Shown: positions 38,235 through 49,932 of the stretch, in pieces | How the letters are laid out: every line of letters begins with the position of its first letter | Position numbering within the stretch: the first letter of the stretch is position 1 | Source of the DNA: Rickettsiales bacterium | GTDB taxonomy: Bacteria; Pseudomonadota; Alphaproteobacteria; Rs-D84 | DNA: 64,000 nucleotides | Direction of reading: 5' to 3' | Assembly (NCBI GenBank): GCA_031260805.1 | Contig: JAISKV010000012.1 | Location: forward strand, 9,670-73,669 | Notes under the pieces: generated by a model | Seen by the model: the letters and a program-made list of their open reading frames with translations, nothing else | Databases searched by the model: none | What the model was told of the DNA's origin: nothing | Translations under genes and position numbers: made by a program

Positions 38235-38639
38235 ATGAAGAAAATACTTTTTCTGGCGCTGCTGGTTTCCGCGTGCAGCGGCATGATAAAAAACGAAAAC
38301 GGCAGCGAGAATCTGGTCAAGTTGAACGACGAGCCGGTTGGCTGCCAATACCTGTACAAATTGGAATCCGAAGTGTCTGTCTATGACGCCGAAGACGCCC
38401 AGCGGTACTTGGAAAACAGAATCGCGGACCAGGCGCGCAAAGGAAACGCGTATTGGATAACATCCCAGCGCACGCGTCCGAATTCATGGGCGGTGTTCGG
38501 GCCTGAACGGGCATTCGTTCTGAATGCGAATATTTACAAATGCCCCGATGTCATGAATATAATAACCCGCACGGAAGCGGGCGGCGCGGATTACGCCGCG
38601 CCTGCGGACAACACGACCATGTACGGCAGCACCTATTAA
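38235..38639 (+). CDS. Small lipoprotein (DUF4156-like)
   Basis: Lipobox LVSACSG; GCQYL...NRIADQARKGNAYWI pattern. Confidence 0.45.
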   Translation: MKKILFLALLVSACSGMIKNENGSENLVKLNDEPVGCQYLYKLESEVSVYDAEDAQRYLENRIADQARKGNAYWITSQRTRPNSWAVFGPERAFVLNANIYKCPDVMNIITRTEAGGADYAAPADNTTMYGSTY

Positions 38640-38640
38640 A

Positions 38641-38670
38641 AAAACCGGCCCTGGCCGGTTTTTTTAATAG
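38641..38670 (+). terminator. Rho-independent terminator
   Basis: aaaaaaccggccctggccggttttttt. Confidence 0.7.
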
Positions 38671-38735
38671 GTGCAGGTGAAGGTGAAAGTGTAGGTCATC
38701 GCCCCCACCTTCACCTGCACCTTCACCTCCACTTT
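38671..38735. repeat. Intergenic hairpin element built from 7-bp periodic repeats (AGGTGAA / TTCACCT arms)
   Basis: aggtgcaggtgaaggtgaaagtgtaggtcatcgcccccaccttcacctgcaccttcacctcc. Confidence 0.7.
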
Positions 38736-38787
38736 TCACTTTCTTAACATTTCCCTTTTATGCTATAATTCGCCGAGAGGGAGTTTT

Positions 38788-40026
38788 TTGGCATCGCGCG
38801 CAATCATCATCAATAAAAAGAAATACGCCATTGACATGTTTTGGCAGCCTGTTCCGGCGTCAAAAAATGCCCGCCAGTATGCAAAAAGCCTGGATTCGCG
38901 CGCAAACGCGTTCGTTGAATACAAAAATCTGGTCGGCGTCGCGCGCCGCAAATCCGGTTTCGGCATGGGCGTTGCCGCGGCTGCGCCGGATGTCATGGCA
39001 AAAATACCTTCGTCTTCATACCTGGCCGCATTTTCCATCGGCGGCGGATTTTGGATTACAGCCGCGCGAAACAATGTAATTATCGTTGACGAATTTTTAG
39101 AGTCAGAACCGGCCGCGAAAAGCCGGTACTGGAAACTGTTGGAACTGCCCGACTGGGGCGCGCTGTACGCGCCTGACAATTGGCGCGCGCCCAAGGCCGG
39201 CGCTGCGCTGGCGGCTGATTTTTTAACCGGAAAATATCAACTGCGCAGCATCAGCCGGTTCAAGATAAATCTGGCCGGAATTCTGATTTTATTCGCGCTG
39301 CTGTTCGGGGCATGGCATTTTCTGCAAGAACCTATTATGAAAATGATTTCGTCCCCGCGCAATATCGCCAAGGTGGACGCCGAACTGGCCGCGGAATACA
39401 AGCGCCGCATTGAACTGCGCGATCGCGAACTGGACGACGCGATGGGAATTGTGAAAAAGCAGCCTGCGCCGGTCATCCGCCCGTTTGACAATTTGCAGAT
39501 ACCAGATGAAACTGTCGCGACCTGCTGGAAAGCAATCGGATATCTGATGCAGCAGATTCCTGGATGGCGTCAGACGGGCGCGACCTGCGACGGCAGAATC
39601 GCGACGGCAACGCTGGTCCGCGATTACGGGACTTTGGGCGAATTCTATCAGATCGGCGACACGGTGCTGACTGGGGCCTCGGTCAGCGAACTGTCCGAAT
39701 CAAAGTTGGAAATCCGCGTGAATCTGCCTGAAATTCCCGTTTATTCCGGACTGAACGAATTGGACGCGGAATCGGTGTCGCGCGAAATAAACAGCCGGTT
39801 CCAATCATTGCGCGGCGATGTCATGGTTCGCAATGACGCTGAAAAATACGGCACGGGCGAACGGCCGGAATTTGCAAATTTTGTAATCGCGACGGCGGAT
39901 TCCAAACTGACGCCCGGCGAATTTATAAAAATCTTTTCGGATTTTGACGGATTGGCTGTGAAAAATATTTCTTGGGATCTGCGCAAGAAAACCTGGAACT
40001 ATGAGGTGATTGTCTATGTTAAATAA
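38788..40026 (+). CDS. Bitopic inner-membrane protein, type IVb pilus assembly PilO-like (R64 thin-pilus family) candidate
   Basis: TTG start with RBS gagaggga; about 240-aa cytoplasmic domain, single TM (INLAGILILFALLFGAWHF), about 150-aa periplasmic domain; position and size match pilO in pilO-pilP-pilQ-pilR modules. Confidence 0.35.
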   Translation: MASRAIIINKKKYAIDMFWQPVPASKNARQYAKSLDSRANAFVEYKNLVGVARRKSGFGMGVAAAAPDVMAKIPSSSYLAAFSIGGGFWITAARNNVIIVDEFLESEPAAKSRYWKLLELPDWGALYAPDNWRAPKAGAALAADFLTGKYQLRSISRFKINLAGILILFALLFGAWHFLQEPIMKMISSPRNIAKVDAELAAEYKRRIELRDRELDDAMGIVKKQPAPVIRPFDNLQIPDETVATCWKAIGYLMQQIPGWRQTGATCDGRIATATLVRDYGTLGEFYQIGDTVLTGASVSELSESKLEIRVNLPEIPVYSGLNELDAESVSREINSRFQSLRGDVMVRNDAEKYGTGERPEFANFVIATADSKLTPGEFIKIFSDFDGLAVKNISWDLRKKTWNYEVIVYVK

Positions 40027-40054
40027 AGTTAAAAGTAAAAAGTTAAAAGTGAAA

Positions 40055-40663
40055 ATGTTTGCCGTTTTTACCTTCTTGTTTTCATTCAACGCATTTGCGC
40101 TTGAAGAAGATCCCGGCGCCGCCGCGGTATCGGAATTTGATCCTGCCGGCAGCATGTTCGAGCAGATTGTGACCCTTGAACAGGACAAGATTCTGATGCA
40201 GTTGCAGAAAGAGCGCGCCCAACTGGACCTGGACCTGAACCGGTTGGAAAATGACAGGCTGAAAGTTCAGTTAGAGATGGAATCCCTGTCCGGGCGCGCG
40301 GACGAGCAGGCGGCCGCATTGGAAGCAGAACGGCAAAGGCTGGAATCTGAAAAAGCAAAACTGGAACAGGAAAAAGAAAGACTGGCCCAGCGCGCTTCGG
40401 AACCCGCCCCGGCCGCCAAGTCTGAAAAATCCAAGCCGGCCGAACCAGAGACGACAGAAATCAGCAAAAAATACAGACTGGTTGAAATCATCGGCGCGGG
40501 AAATCAATTGCAGGCGACGCTGGAAGACAAAATCAACAATCAAAAAAAGAAAGTTTGGGTCGGCCGCGATCTGGACGGATATAAAATCGTATCGCTGTCA
40601 TTGGATGAAGGCATCGTGTTTGACAACGGCGATACTTATGAAGTCTTGAATTTGGAAAAATAA
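40055..40663 (+). CDS. Periplasmic coiled-coil protein (PilP-like candidate)
   Basis: Signal peptide MFAVFTFLFSFNAFA, long coiled coil; ORF opens at 40010. Confidence 0.35.
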   Translation: MFAVFTFLFSFNAFALEEDPGAAAVSEFDPAGSMFEQIVTLEQDKILMQLQKERAQLDLDLNRLENDRLKVQLEMESLSGRADEQAAALEAERQRLESEKAKLEQEKERLAQRASEPAPAAKSEKSKPAEPETTEISKKYRLVEIIGAGNQLQATLEDKINNQKKKVWVGRDLDGYKIVSLSLDEGIVFDNGDTYEVLNLEK

Positions 40664-42282
40664 TGGCCCACGCGCAACAACCATTTTTTCAGGAAGATTC
40701 CGTGCCGCGCAGCCTGGCATCCGCCGCACCCAAAGATATTTTGGAATATCTGTTCGGCAGCGGAAACAAACTGCTGACCGCGGCGAATGGCCGGTTCGAG
40801 ATAAGCGATGATGTGCGCAACATGCTGGCATACTTTTCCGGCGGCGAACTGGTCATATCGCGCACGCATGCGTACGACGGGCGCGTGCTGGCGTTTGTTG
40901 AATTGCTGCGGCGCGAAAATGTCCGGGTAAAGCGCCCGCTGTACGCGGATTTGGGATTTCTGTCCGGGATTTACAAGTTTCATAAAACCGGCGCGGCCGG
41001 CGAAACGACGGCCGGACGGGACTTTGACAACCAGACGCAAAAAGACCTGGTTGACATAATCGCGCGCGCCGCGGCGCAGAAAGTATCGGACATTCACATT
41101 GAAGTCGCCGACCAGACGACAATCTCGTTTCGAATGAACGGCGATATCAGCCCGGTTCTGGAACAGAGCGCGGCGTGGGGCGAATCACTGGTTCGCGCCG
41201 CCTTTGCGTCCGCGGACATATCCGGATCCAATTATGCCCAGAACGAATACCAGTCCGCGCAAAAGGACGGCCGCACGCCCTTGCGCGGGACCAAAGACTT
41301 GTTCATGCCGACCGGAATTCTGGGCGTCCGCGTGCAATTCAACCCTATTGCATTTGGATCGCGGTATGTCGTCATGCGGATTCTGTACGACAACCCGTCC
41401 AGCGATGTCAAGGCAGAGCAAGAATTTGGCGAGTACGAGCGCAGAATGCTTGCGCGGCTGCGCGCCTATCCGACAGGCCTGGTTATCGTCGCGGGGCCGA
41501 CCAGTTCCGGTAAGTCAACAACTTTGTTCCACAACATGACCGCCATGTTGAAAGAGCATAATTACAACATCAATCTGATAACGGTGGAAGATCCGGCGGA
41601 ACAGAAAATCCCCGGTGCGCACCAGATTCCCGTAACCAACGCAACGAACGAAGAACAGCGCGACGACAAGTTTACCGAGGCCCTGGCATCCGCATTGCGA
41701 TCCGATCCTGATACGCTGATGGTGGGGGAAATCCGCACTCTGTCCGCCGCGCAACTGACATTAAAAGGCGCGTTGTCCGGGCACAATGTTTGGACGACGC
41801 TGCACGCAAACAGCGCGATGACCGCGCTGACCCGCTTGCTGGACATGGGCGTGGAATCGTTCAAGTTGAAAGACGAAACAATGATGCGCGGCCTGATTTC
41901 CATGCGCTTGTTCAAGCAGGTTTGCCCGCATTGCAGAAAGCGGCTGATTGATCATCCGGGGCATGATTCTTATAACCGCGCGCTGGCGGCATTCGGCGAA
42001 CTGGGGCTGAAACAGATTTATATAACTGGCGACGGGTGCGAGTACTGCGGCAAGACCGGAACAATCGGACGAATCAAGGCCGGCGAAATTATTATAACGG
42101 ACACGGAATTCCTGAACATGGCCCTGAACGGCCAGGCTTTTGACGCGGTCAAATACTGGCTGGAAGAACTGGACGGGCGGACGCTGAAAGAAGCCGCCTG
42201 CGAACTGATGCTGCGCGGAATCATAAGTATTGAAGAAATGAAACGCTGGGTCGGATTCCTGGACCAGCCATGGGTTTATTAA
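40663..42282 (+). CDS. Type II/IV secretion system ATPase, GspE/PilB/PilQ(R64)/TcpT family
   Basis: Walker A GPTSSGKST, Asp box, Walker B LMVGEIR, His box, tetracysteine zinc motif CPHC...CEYC. Confidence 0.85.
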   Translation: MAHAQQPFFQEDSVPRSLASAAPKDILEYLFGSGNKLLTAANGRFEISDDVRNMLAYFSGGELVISRTHAYDGRVLAFVELLRRENVRVKRPLYADLGFLSGIYKFHKTGAAGETTAGRDFDNQTQKDLVDIIARAAAQKVSDIHIEVADQTTISFRMNGDISPVLEQSAAWGESLVRAAFASADISGSNYAQNEYQSAQKDGRTPLRGTKDLFMPTGILGVRVQFNPIAFGSRYVVMRILYDNPSSDVKAEQEFGEYERRMLARLRAYPTGLVIVAGPTSSGKSTTLFHNMTAMLKEHNYNINLITVEDPAEQKIPGAHQIPVTNATNEEQRDDKFTEALASALRSDPDTLMVGEIRTLSAAQLTLKGALSGHNVWTTLHANSAMTALTRLLDMGVESFKLKDETMMRGLISMRLFKQVCPHCRKRLIDHPGHDSYNRALAAFGELGLKQIYITGDGCEYCGKTGTIGRIKAGEIIITDTEFLNMALNGQAFDAVKYWLEELDGRTLKEAACELMLRGIISIEEMKRWVGFLDQPWVY

Positions 42283-42315
42283 CAGAGTTTAGAGTGCAGA
42301 GTTTAGAGTTTAGAT
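42283..42315. repeat. Left inverted repeat of the IVS-protein cassette (AGAGTTT 7-bp periodic repeats)
   Basis: agagtttagagtgcagagtttagagtttag; partner at 42682-42715. Confidence 0.7.
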
Positions 42316-42681
42316 ATGGCTGAAAGTATTGCAAGAATTAAAAGTAAAAAATTCGCACTCCGCATGATAAAATTATTTAAGCATCTGAAAGAAGCAAAGC
42401 AAGAATATATATTATCCGCTCAGATACTACGCAGCGGAACAAGCATCGGGGCTAATCTTTCCGAATCACGGGCAGCAATAAGCAAAAAAGATTTTATAAA
42501 TAAAATTTATATCGCATTAAAAGAAGCAGATGAAACATTATATTGGTTGGAATTATTAAATGATTCCGAATACATTACAAACAAGCAATTCAAGTCATTA
42601 TCAGATGATTGTATTGAAATTATAAAGATATTAACTTCTACGACAAAAACAATTGTTAAGGGCAAGGAATCTAAACTCTAA
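42316..42681 (+). CDS. Four-helix-bundle protein (23S rRNA intervening-sequence protein family, PF05635-like)
   Basis: Matches family pattern (KLEVW..A..L..EIYK...FP..E.Y.L.SQLRRAA.SI.ANIAEG...FL.IA.GSL.ELET); very AT-rich. Confidence 0.75.
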   Translation: MAESIARIKSKKFALRMIKLFKHLKEAKQEYILSAQILRSGTSIGANLSESRAAISKKDFINKIYIALKEADETLYWLELLNDSEYITNKQFKSLSDDCIEIIKILTSTTKTIVKGKESKL

Positions 42682-42715
42682 ACTCTAAACTCTACACTCT
42701 AAACTCTATGAATAA
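42682..42715. repeat. Right inverted repeat of the IVS-protein cassette
   Basis: ctaaactctaaactctacactctaaactct (RC of left repeat). Confidence 0.7.
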
Positions 42716-43778
42716 AATAAATTTATTTTATGCAAAAACCAATTTCCGCTTTAATTCAACGCGGCGGTTCGCGCTGTATCGCAAGTTGTCTTCATTGCTG
42801 CAAAACAACTTTACCCTGATGGACGCGTTGCAGCGGATTTACGACATTGAATCGGCCGGCGGGAAAAAGCCGGACGAGCCGTTTGCCATGGCTGTCCGCG
42901 ATTGGTCAAACGGACTGGAATCCGGCAAGTCTTTCGCCGATGCCGTGGCCGACTGGGTTCCATTGAACGAAGTTTTAATGCTGACGCTGGGCGATGTTTC
43001 CAAATTGTCCGTCGCGCTGGAAAACCTGGTCCGGGTCGGAATCGGCGGCGCCAAGATTAAATCATCATTGCTGGGCGCGGCTGCGTATCCGCTGTTTCTG
43101 CTGGCAATGACAATCGGAATCATCATTATGGTCGGCATTTATCTGGTTCCGCCATTGACCGAGGCGGCCGGCGGCGACATCGCATGGCGCGGCATCGCCA
43201 AGACGCTGGTCGGCGTGTCAAACTTCGCCAAGGATTACTGGCCGTATTTCACCGGATTCATTTTGATTGCAATCGGGATTATCTGGCTGTCGCTGGCAAA
43301 CTGGTCCGGGCGGCTGCGCGCGCGGTTTGATAATCTGCCGCCTTGGAATGTATATAAAATATCAGTATCGGCCGGATGGCTGATGTCGCTGGCCGCGATT
43401 GTGGAATCGGGCGGCAATCTGACGGACGCGGTAAAACTGCTGGCGAACCATAGCAGCCCGTATTTGCGCAATATCCTGTTCCAGACTTACCAATATCTGA
43501 CGAACGGCGACAATTTGGGAAAGTCCCTGGCGAAAACCGGCGCGAATTTTCCGAACAGCGATATTATCGGGGATTTGGAAATATACGCGGACATGACGGA
43601 TTTTGATAAAAATTTATCAGGAATTGCAAATACTTACCTGGACGATGCGGTGCGCAGAATGACAAATATTTCATCCAGCATGAATTCAATCGGGATATTG
43701 CTGGTGTCTGTCGTAATTGGCTGGGTCGTGTTCGGCACATTTGAGATGCAGGAACAAATCACCAGCGCGCTTGGTTAA
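42708..43778 (+). CDS. Type II/IV secretion platform protein, GspF/PilC/PilR(R64) family
   Basis: 356 aa, 3 TM with T2SF-like cytoplasmic domains. Confidence 0.7.
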   Translation: MNKINLFYAKTNFRFNSTRRFALYRKLSSLLQNNFTLMDALQRIYDIESAGGKKPDEPFAMAVRDWSNGLESGKSFADAVADWVPLNEVLMLTLGDVSKLSVALENLVRVGIGGAKIKSSLLGAAAYPLFLLAMTIGIIIMVGIYLVPPLTEAAGGDIAWRGIAKTLVGVSNFAKDYWPYFTGFILIAIGIIWLSLANWSGRLRARFDNLPPWNVYKISVSAGWLMSLAAIVESGGNLTDAVKLLANHSSPYLRNILFQTYQYLTNGDNLGKSLAKTGANFPNSDIIGDLEIYADMTDFDKNLSGIANTYLDDAVRRMTNISSSMNSIGILLVSVVIGWVVFGTFEMQEQITSALG

Positions 43779-43830
43779 GGTTTTAGGTTGTCGGCATATT
43801 TACCTTAAACCTTAAACCTCACACCTAAAA
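43779..43830. repeat. Intergenic hairpin element built from 7-bp periodic repeats (AAGGTTT / AAACCTT arms)
   Basis: aaggttttaggttgtcggcatatttaccttaaaccttaaacctcacacc. Confidence 0.7.
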
Positions 43831-43832
43831 CC

Positions 43833-44495
43833 TTACCATTCAATCCCTGTACCACCGCGGGATACAAGATATTTATTAGCCGCCGAAAAGTGATGGTTTC
43901 CCAGAAATCCGCGGTGCGCGGACAACGGGGATGGATGCGGTGATTTTAACACCAAGTTTTCCGCCGCGTTCACAAACCCCGCTTTGCGCTGGGCGTAAGA
44001 TCCCCACAGCATGTAAACCAATCCTGTTCGCGCCGACAGCGCGTTTATCACGGCGTCCGTAAACTGTTCCCAACCGCGGCCCGCATGACTGGCCGCCGCA
44101 TGCGCCTGCACGGTAAGCGTGCTGTTCAGCAACAAAACGCCTTGGTTCGCCCATTTTGTCAAATCGCCATGCGTAATGCTGGGGTGGCCGATGTCCGATA
44201 AAATTTCTTTGTAAATATTTTGCAGGCTGGGCGGCAATTGCATTCCGTCCGGAACGGAAAAGCACAATCCCATCGCCTGGCCCGGTTCATGATACGGATC
44301 CTGGCCGATGATAACAACGCGGACCGCGTCAAACGGGCAGAAATCAAAAGCGGCGAAAATATTCTTTGCCGCCGGGTAAACCGCGCGCCCGGCCAGATAT
44401 TCGCCGCGGACAAAATCCGTCAACTGGATAAAGTACGGCTTGTCAAACTCTGCGCTCAACGCGTTTTTCCAAGATTCTTCAATTTTTACCGTCAT
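43833..44495 (-). CDS. ung: Uracil-DNA glycosylase (family 1)
   Basis: VIIGQDPYH...GQAMGLCFSV, HPSPLSA motifs. Confidence 0.9.
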   Translation of the reverse strand: MTVKIEESWKNALSAEFDKPYFIQLTDFVRGEYLAGRAVYPAAKNIFAAFDFCPFDAVRVVIIGQDPYHEPGQAMGLCFSVPDGMQLPPSLQNIYKEILSDIGHPSITHGDLTKWANQGVLLLNSTLTVQAHAAASHAGRGWEQFTDAVINALSARTGLVYMLWGSYAQRKAGFVNAAENLVLKSPHPSPLSAHRGFLGNHHFSAANKYLVSRGGTGIEW

Positions 44496-45483
44496 TTTTC
44501 TTATCCATCAGCGACCATATCACGCCCGCAGACATCAGTCCCAGAATAACCAGCAATGACAGCCCCGGCCCAATATGCGTATGAAAAATCACTTCGCCCA
44601 GCATCTTGAATCCGATAAACACCAGTGTTGCGATAACCGCTTTTTCCAAGTGTTTCAGACTCCGTTTCAATGCCGCCAGACAAAAATACATTGACCGCAT
44701 TCCCAGTATGGCGAATATATTACTGGTATACACCAGGAAAGGCTTGCCCGTTATCGCGATAATCGCCGGAACCGAATCAAACGCAAACATGACATCGGCG
44801 AACTCTATGGTTATCAGGCACAGAAACAGCGGCGTTGCCGCGCCGCGCACGAAAAATTTATGCCCATCAACTTTGCCGTGCACCTTGAAAAGCCGCCCGA
44901 ACAGCCGCGTTGACCAATGTTTGCTGAAATCAGTTTCTTCTTTTTCCCGCGCGGCGGCCGCATTGCGCAATGCCTTTTTCTTTTTCTGATTCATAAACAT
45001 CGTGTACGCCAGCACGCCGATTCCTGTCGCTTGCAGCATCTTGAACGCGGACCACACGATGAATATCCCGAACGCCGCGGTCGCGAAATCGCCAAACCGC
45101 TCTATAATCCCGACGCCCGCCGCGACAAAGCCCATACGCAGCAGCAATGCGCCCAGAATTCCGTAATACAAAACCCGATGCTGGTACTTTTCCGCGATAT
45201 GGAACGAAGAAAATATCGCCATCATCACAAAAAGATTGTCAATGGACAATGCCTTTTCCAAAACATAGCCGGATAAAAACGCAAAAGAATCGGCGGAACC
45301 GTGCGTCCCCCATACATATCCGGCAAATCCCAGCGACACGATTATCCAAAAGACCGTCCATAATGCGGCGGACCGCGCGGACACCGGCTTGTCCGACCGA
45401 TGCGCGAACAAATCAATCAGCAGGCATGCGGCGACAACAACCGCAAAAATCAAGACGCTTCCAATTGAATAATCACCCAGCAT
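44479..45483 (-). CDS. TerC-family integral membrane protein
   Basis: EKALSIDNLFVMMAIF and second DN-containing repeat; 9-10 TM. Confidence 0.8.
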   Translation of the reverse strand: MLGDYSIGSVLIFAVVVAACLLIDLFAHRSDKPVSARSAALWTVFWIIVSLGFAGYVWGTHGSADSFAFLSGYVLEKALSIDNLFVMMAIFSSFHIAEKYQHRVLYYGILGALLLRMGFVAAGVGIIERFGDFATAAFGIFIVWSAFKMLQATGIGVLAYTMFMNQKKKKALRNAAAAREKEETDFSKHWSTRLFGRLFKVHGKVDGHKFFVRGAATPLFLCLITIEFADVMFAFDSVPAIIAITGKPFLVYTSNIFAILGMRSMYFCLAALKRSLKHLEKAVIATLVFIGFKMLGEVIFHTHIGPGLSLLVILGLMSAGVIWSLMDKKNDGKN

Positions 45484-45489
45484 ATATTT

Positions 45490-46080
45490 TTATCCTTTTA
45501 ATTCTATCATTCCGACCTGGCACGCCTTCCACAGCACGACATCAATGTATCCGCGCGGCAGGCCTGTTTCAGATTCCAGACGCGCAAACATTTTTTCCAT
45601 GTCGCCGCCGAAAAACCTGTCCGCCAGCCGCACAATCCAAACATCTGGCTTGAACACATTTTCGCCCAGATTTCGCGCCAGATGATTCGCTGTTATTTTC
45701 CCGATATGCGGCAGCATCGCAAGATATTGAAGTTTATCGCCGGCCGAATAATAATTATCGCAATATTCCCGGCGGTTGCTCCATATCTTTATAATCGCGT
45801 TTATTTTATTTTTATTATGAAAAATTGCAAACAAACTGTCAAAACTGAAATCCGAATCCTGCAAACTGCAAATTATTTTCCCATGAATTATTTTTGCCGT
45901 CTTTTGAGAAAATCCGCCGGCCAGAATTACATAAATGCATTCTGTTGCAAACTCATCAGGACTGACGCGCCGCGGATGGAAGAGCATATCCAAAATCTGA
46001 GCAAATGTTTTTCTGTCGCTGTCCAGCCCGGCCGCGCGCAGCCGACTTTCCAAATCAAAGAACCATTGCCTGTCAAACAT
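45490..46080 (-). CDS. HhH-GPD-type DNA glycosylase-like protein
   Basis: Helix-hairpin-helix block GKITANHLARNLGENVFKPDVWIVRL (GIG..TA....F.....pVD.hv.R pattern); start placed at MFDRQW (ORF opens at 46146 and would overlap upstream gene). Confidence 0.45.
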   Translation of the reverse strand: MFDRQWFFDLESRLRAAGLDSDRKTFAQILDMLFHPRRVSPDEFATECIYVILAGGFSQKTAKIIHGKIICSLQDSDFSFDSLFAIFHNKNKINAIIKIWSNRREYCDNYYSAGDKLQYLAMLPHIGKITANHLARNLGENVFKPDVWIVRLADRFFGGDMEKMFARLESETGLPRGYIDVVLWKACQVGMIELKG

Positions 46081-46081
46081 C

Positions 46082-47380
46082 TTAGCCCCACCATAAATAA
46101 CATACCGGGACGGCCCACATGCCATTGCCAAAAGAAAGAATTTCATTCCCGGAATAAATCACCACCCCTTTCTTAAATTTTTCACCAACCATTGATTTAA
46201 GCACTTTTAATCCCCTGAAATCTTTTTCTGACAGCATGGAATCCAACTTCACTTCTATGCCGATCGTGTCGCCGTTGTACTTTTCTAAAACAAAATCAAC
46301 CTCTCTGCCATCCGATGTTCTGAAATAAGACAAATCCATTCCAGTCAATGATGATTTGTTTTTTATTATTTCTGTCGCGATAAAATTCTCAAACAAATGT
46401 CCCATCATCGGCCTGTCATGATTTGATACATCCTTTAATTCCCGGCGCATTATGTACAGCAGAAGATTCGTGTCCGTAAAAAACAACTTGGATTGCCGGG
46501 ATACCATTTTTCCGATTCTATTCGGCTTGGTCCACGCCCTGAGTTCATAAATCAAAAAAGTATTTATCAAAAACGACTTATAATCGTTATAGGTATCAAA
46601 ATGGAGTTCTGATTCGCGCGCGGCATTGGTATTATTCAAGATACTGCCGGCATATATTGTCAAAACAGTCAAAAGTTTTAATACATTTTCCGGTTTTCTT
46701 ATATTTGCGACAGTTTTTACATCCCGTTGCAAAATCGTTGTCAAATAGCCGTCAAACCATGTGCTTCTGTTTATTCTGCTGCTGACCGAATCTTCTGCAA
46801 AACCAAAAACCCCCTGCGCCTGGACCGATTGTTTAGATAATTCTGGAAAAGTTGAATTCGCCATTATTCCAAGAAGTTCGTAATTGTCATATTTCTTATA
46901 AAACAATTCATCGTCAAACAATTTTTCTATAAAATTTATCCCCGATTGCTTATACTCGCTTGAAGAAATCTGCCACAGCGTCAGAATAGCCATACGGCCG
47001 ACCAGTGCTTCTGATAAAGCCGGGATCGCCATAAGATTAGCGGAACCAGTCAATAAAAACTGTCCCCATGATTCCCCGCGCATACGCGCTTCATCAACAG
47101 CAATTTTCAACGGCATAAAAATTTCCGGCGCCATCTGAACTTCATCTATCACATTCAATTTGTCTTTTGGCAAAGAACGAACAAATGCTTCGGGGCTGGA
47201 TTTTGCATTCATTAAAACAAGCGGAGAATCAAAACTGATAAAATTCGTGTCTTTTGGGCTTGCAAAATTACGGGAAAGCCAAGACTTGCCAACCTGCCGC
47301 GGACCATTCAGATAAACCAAAGGTCTTTGCTTAACTGTTTCCGATAAAATACTAGACATTTCTCGTTGTAGAAACTGCAT
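46082..47380 (-). CDS. AAA+ ATPase (AAA_14) with DUF4143 domain
   Basis: P-loop LNGPRQVGKS, Walker B LNVIDEVQ, C-terminal DUF4143-like region; AT-rich. Confidence 0.75.
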   Translation of the reverse strand: MQFLQREMSSILSETVKQRPLVYLNGPRQVGKSWLSRNFASPKDTNFISFDSPLVLMNAKSSPEAFVRSLPKDKLNVIDEVQMAPEIFMPLKIAVDEARMRGESWGQFLLTGSANLMAIPALSEALVGRMAILTLWQISSSEYKQSGINFIEKLFDDELFYKKYDNYELLGIMANSTFPELSKQSVQAQGVFGFAEDSVSSRINRSTWFDGYLTTILQRDVKTVANIRKPENVLKLLTVLTIYAGSILNNTNAARESELHFDTYNDYKSFLINTFLIYELRAWTKPNRIGKMVSRQSKLFFTDTNLLLYIMRRELKDVSNHDRPMMGHLFENFIATEIIKNKSSLTGMDLSYFRTSDGREVDFVLEKYNGDTIGIEVKLDSMLSEKDFRGLKVLKSMVGEKFKKGVVIYSGNEILSFGNGMWAVPVCYLWWG

Positions 47381-47413
47381 TTTTTACCCTTTTACATTAT
47401 AATATAGTTTTTT

Positions 47414-47431
47414 ACACTATTATAATAGTGT
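47414..47431. promoter_or_regulatory. 18-bp perfect palindrome acactattataatagtgt within AT-rich promoter region (three ATTATAAT copies), candidate operator
   Basis: Self-complementary; overlaps -10-like hexamers upstream of the AAA_14 gene. Confidence 0.45.
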
Positions 47432-47471
47432 ATTTTACTATATTATAATGTATTTTTTACAAAAGTCAAAT

Positions 47472-49862
<2,391 letters not shown>

Positions 49863-49900
49863 CTACCTTTATTTTTTACCTGAAATTTATAGCAAAAAAA

Positions 49901-49909
49901 TGGTATAAT
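49901..49909 (+). promoter_or_regulatory. Extended -10 promoter (TGgTATAAT) for downstream hypothetical gene
   Basis: tggtataat 24 nt upstream of RBS aaagggga and ATG 49933. Confidence 0.45.
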
Positions 49910-49932
49910 TAGCAAGAGAAAAAGGGGATTTT

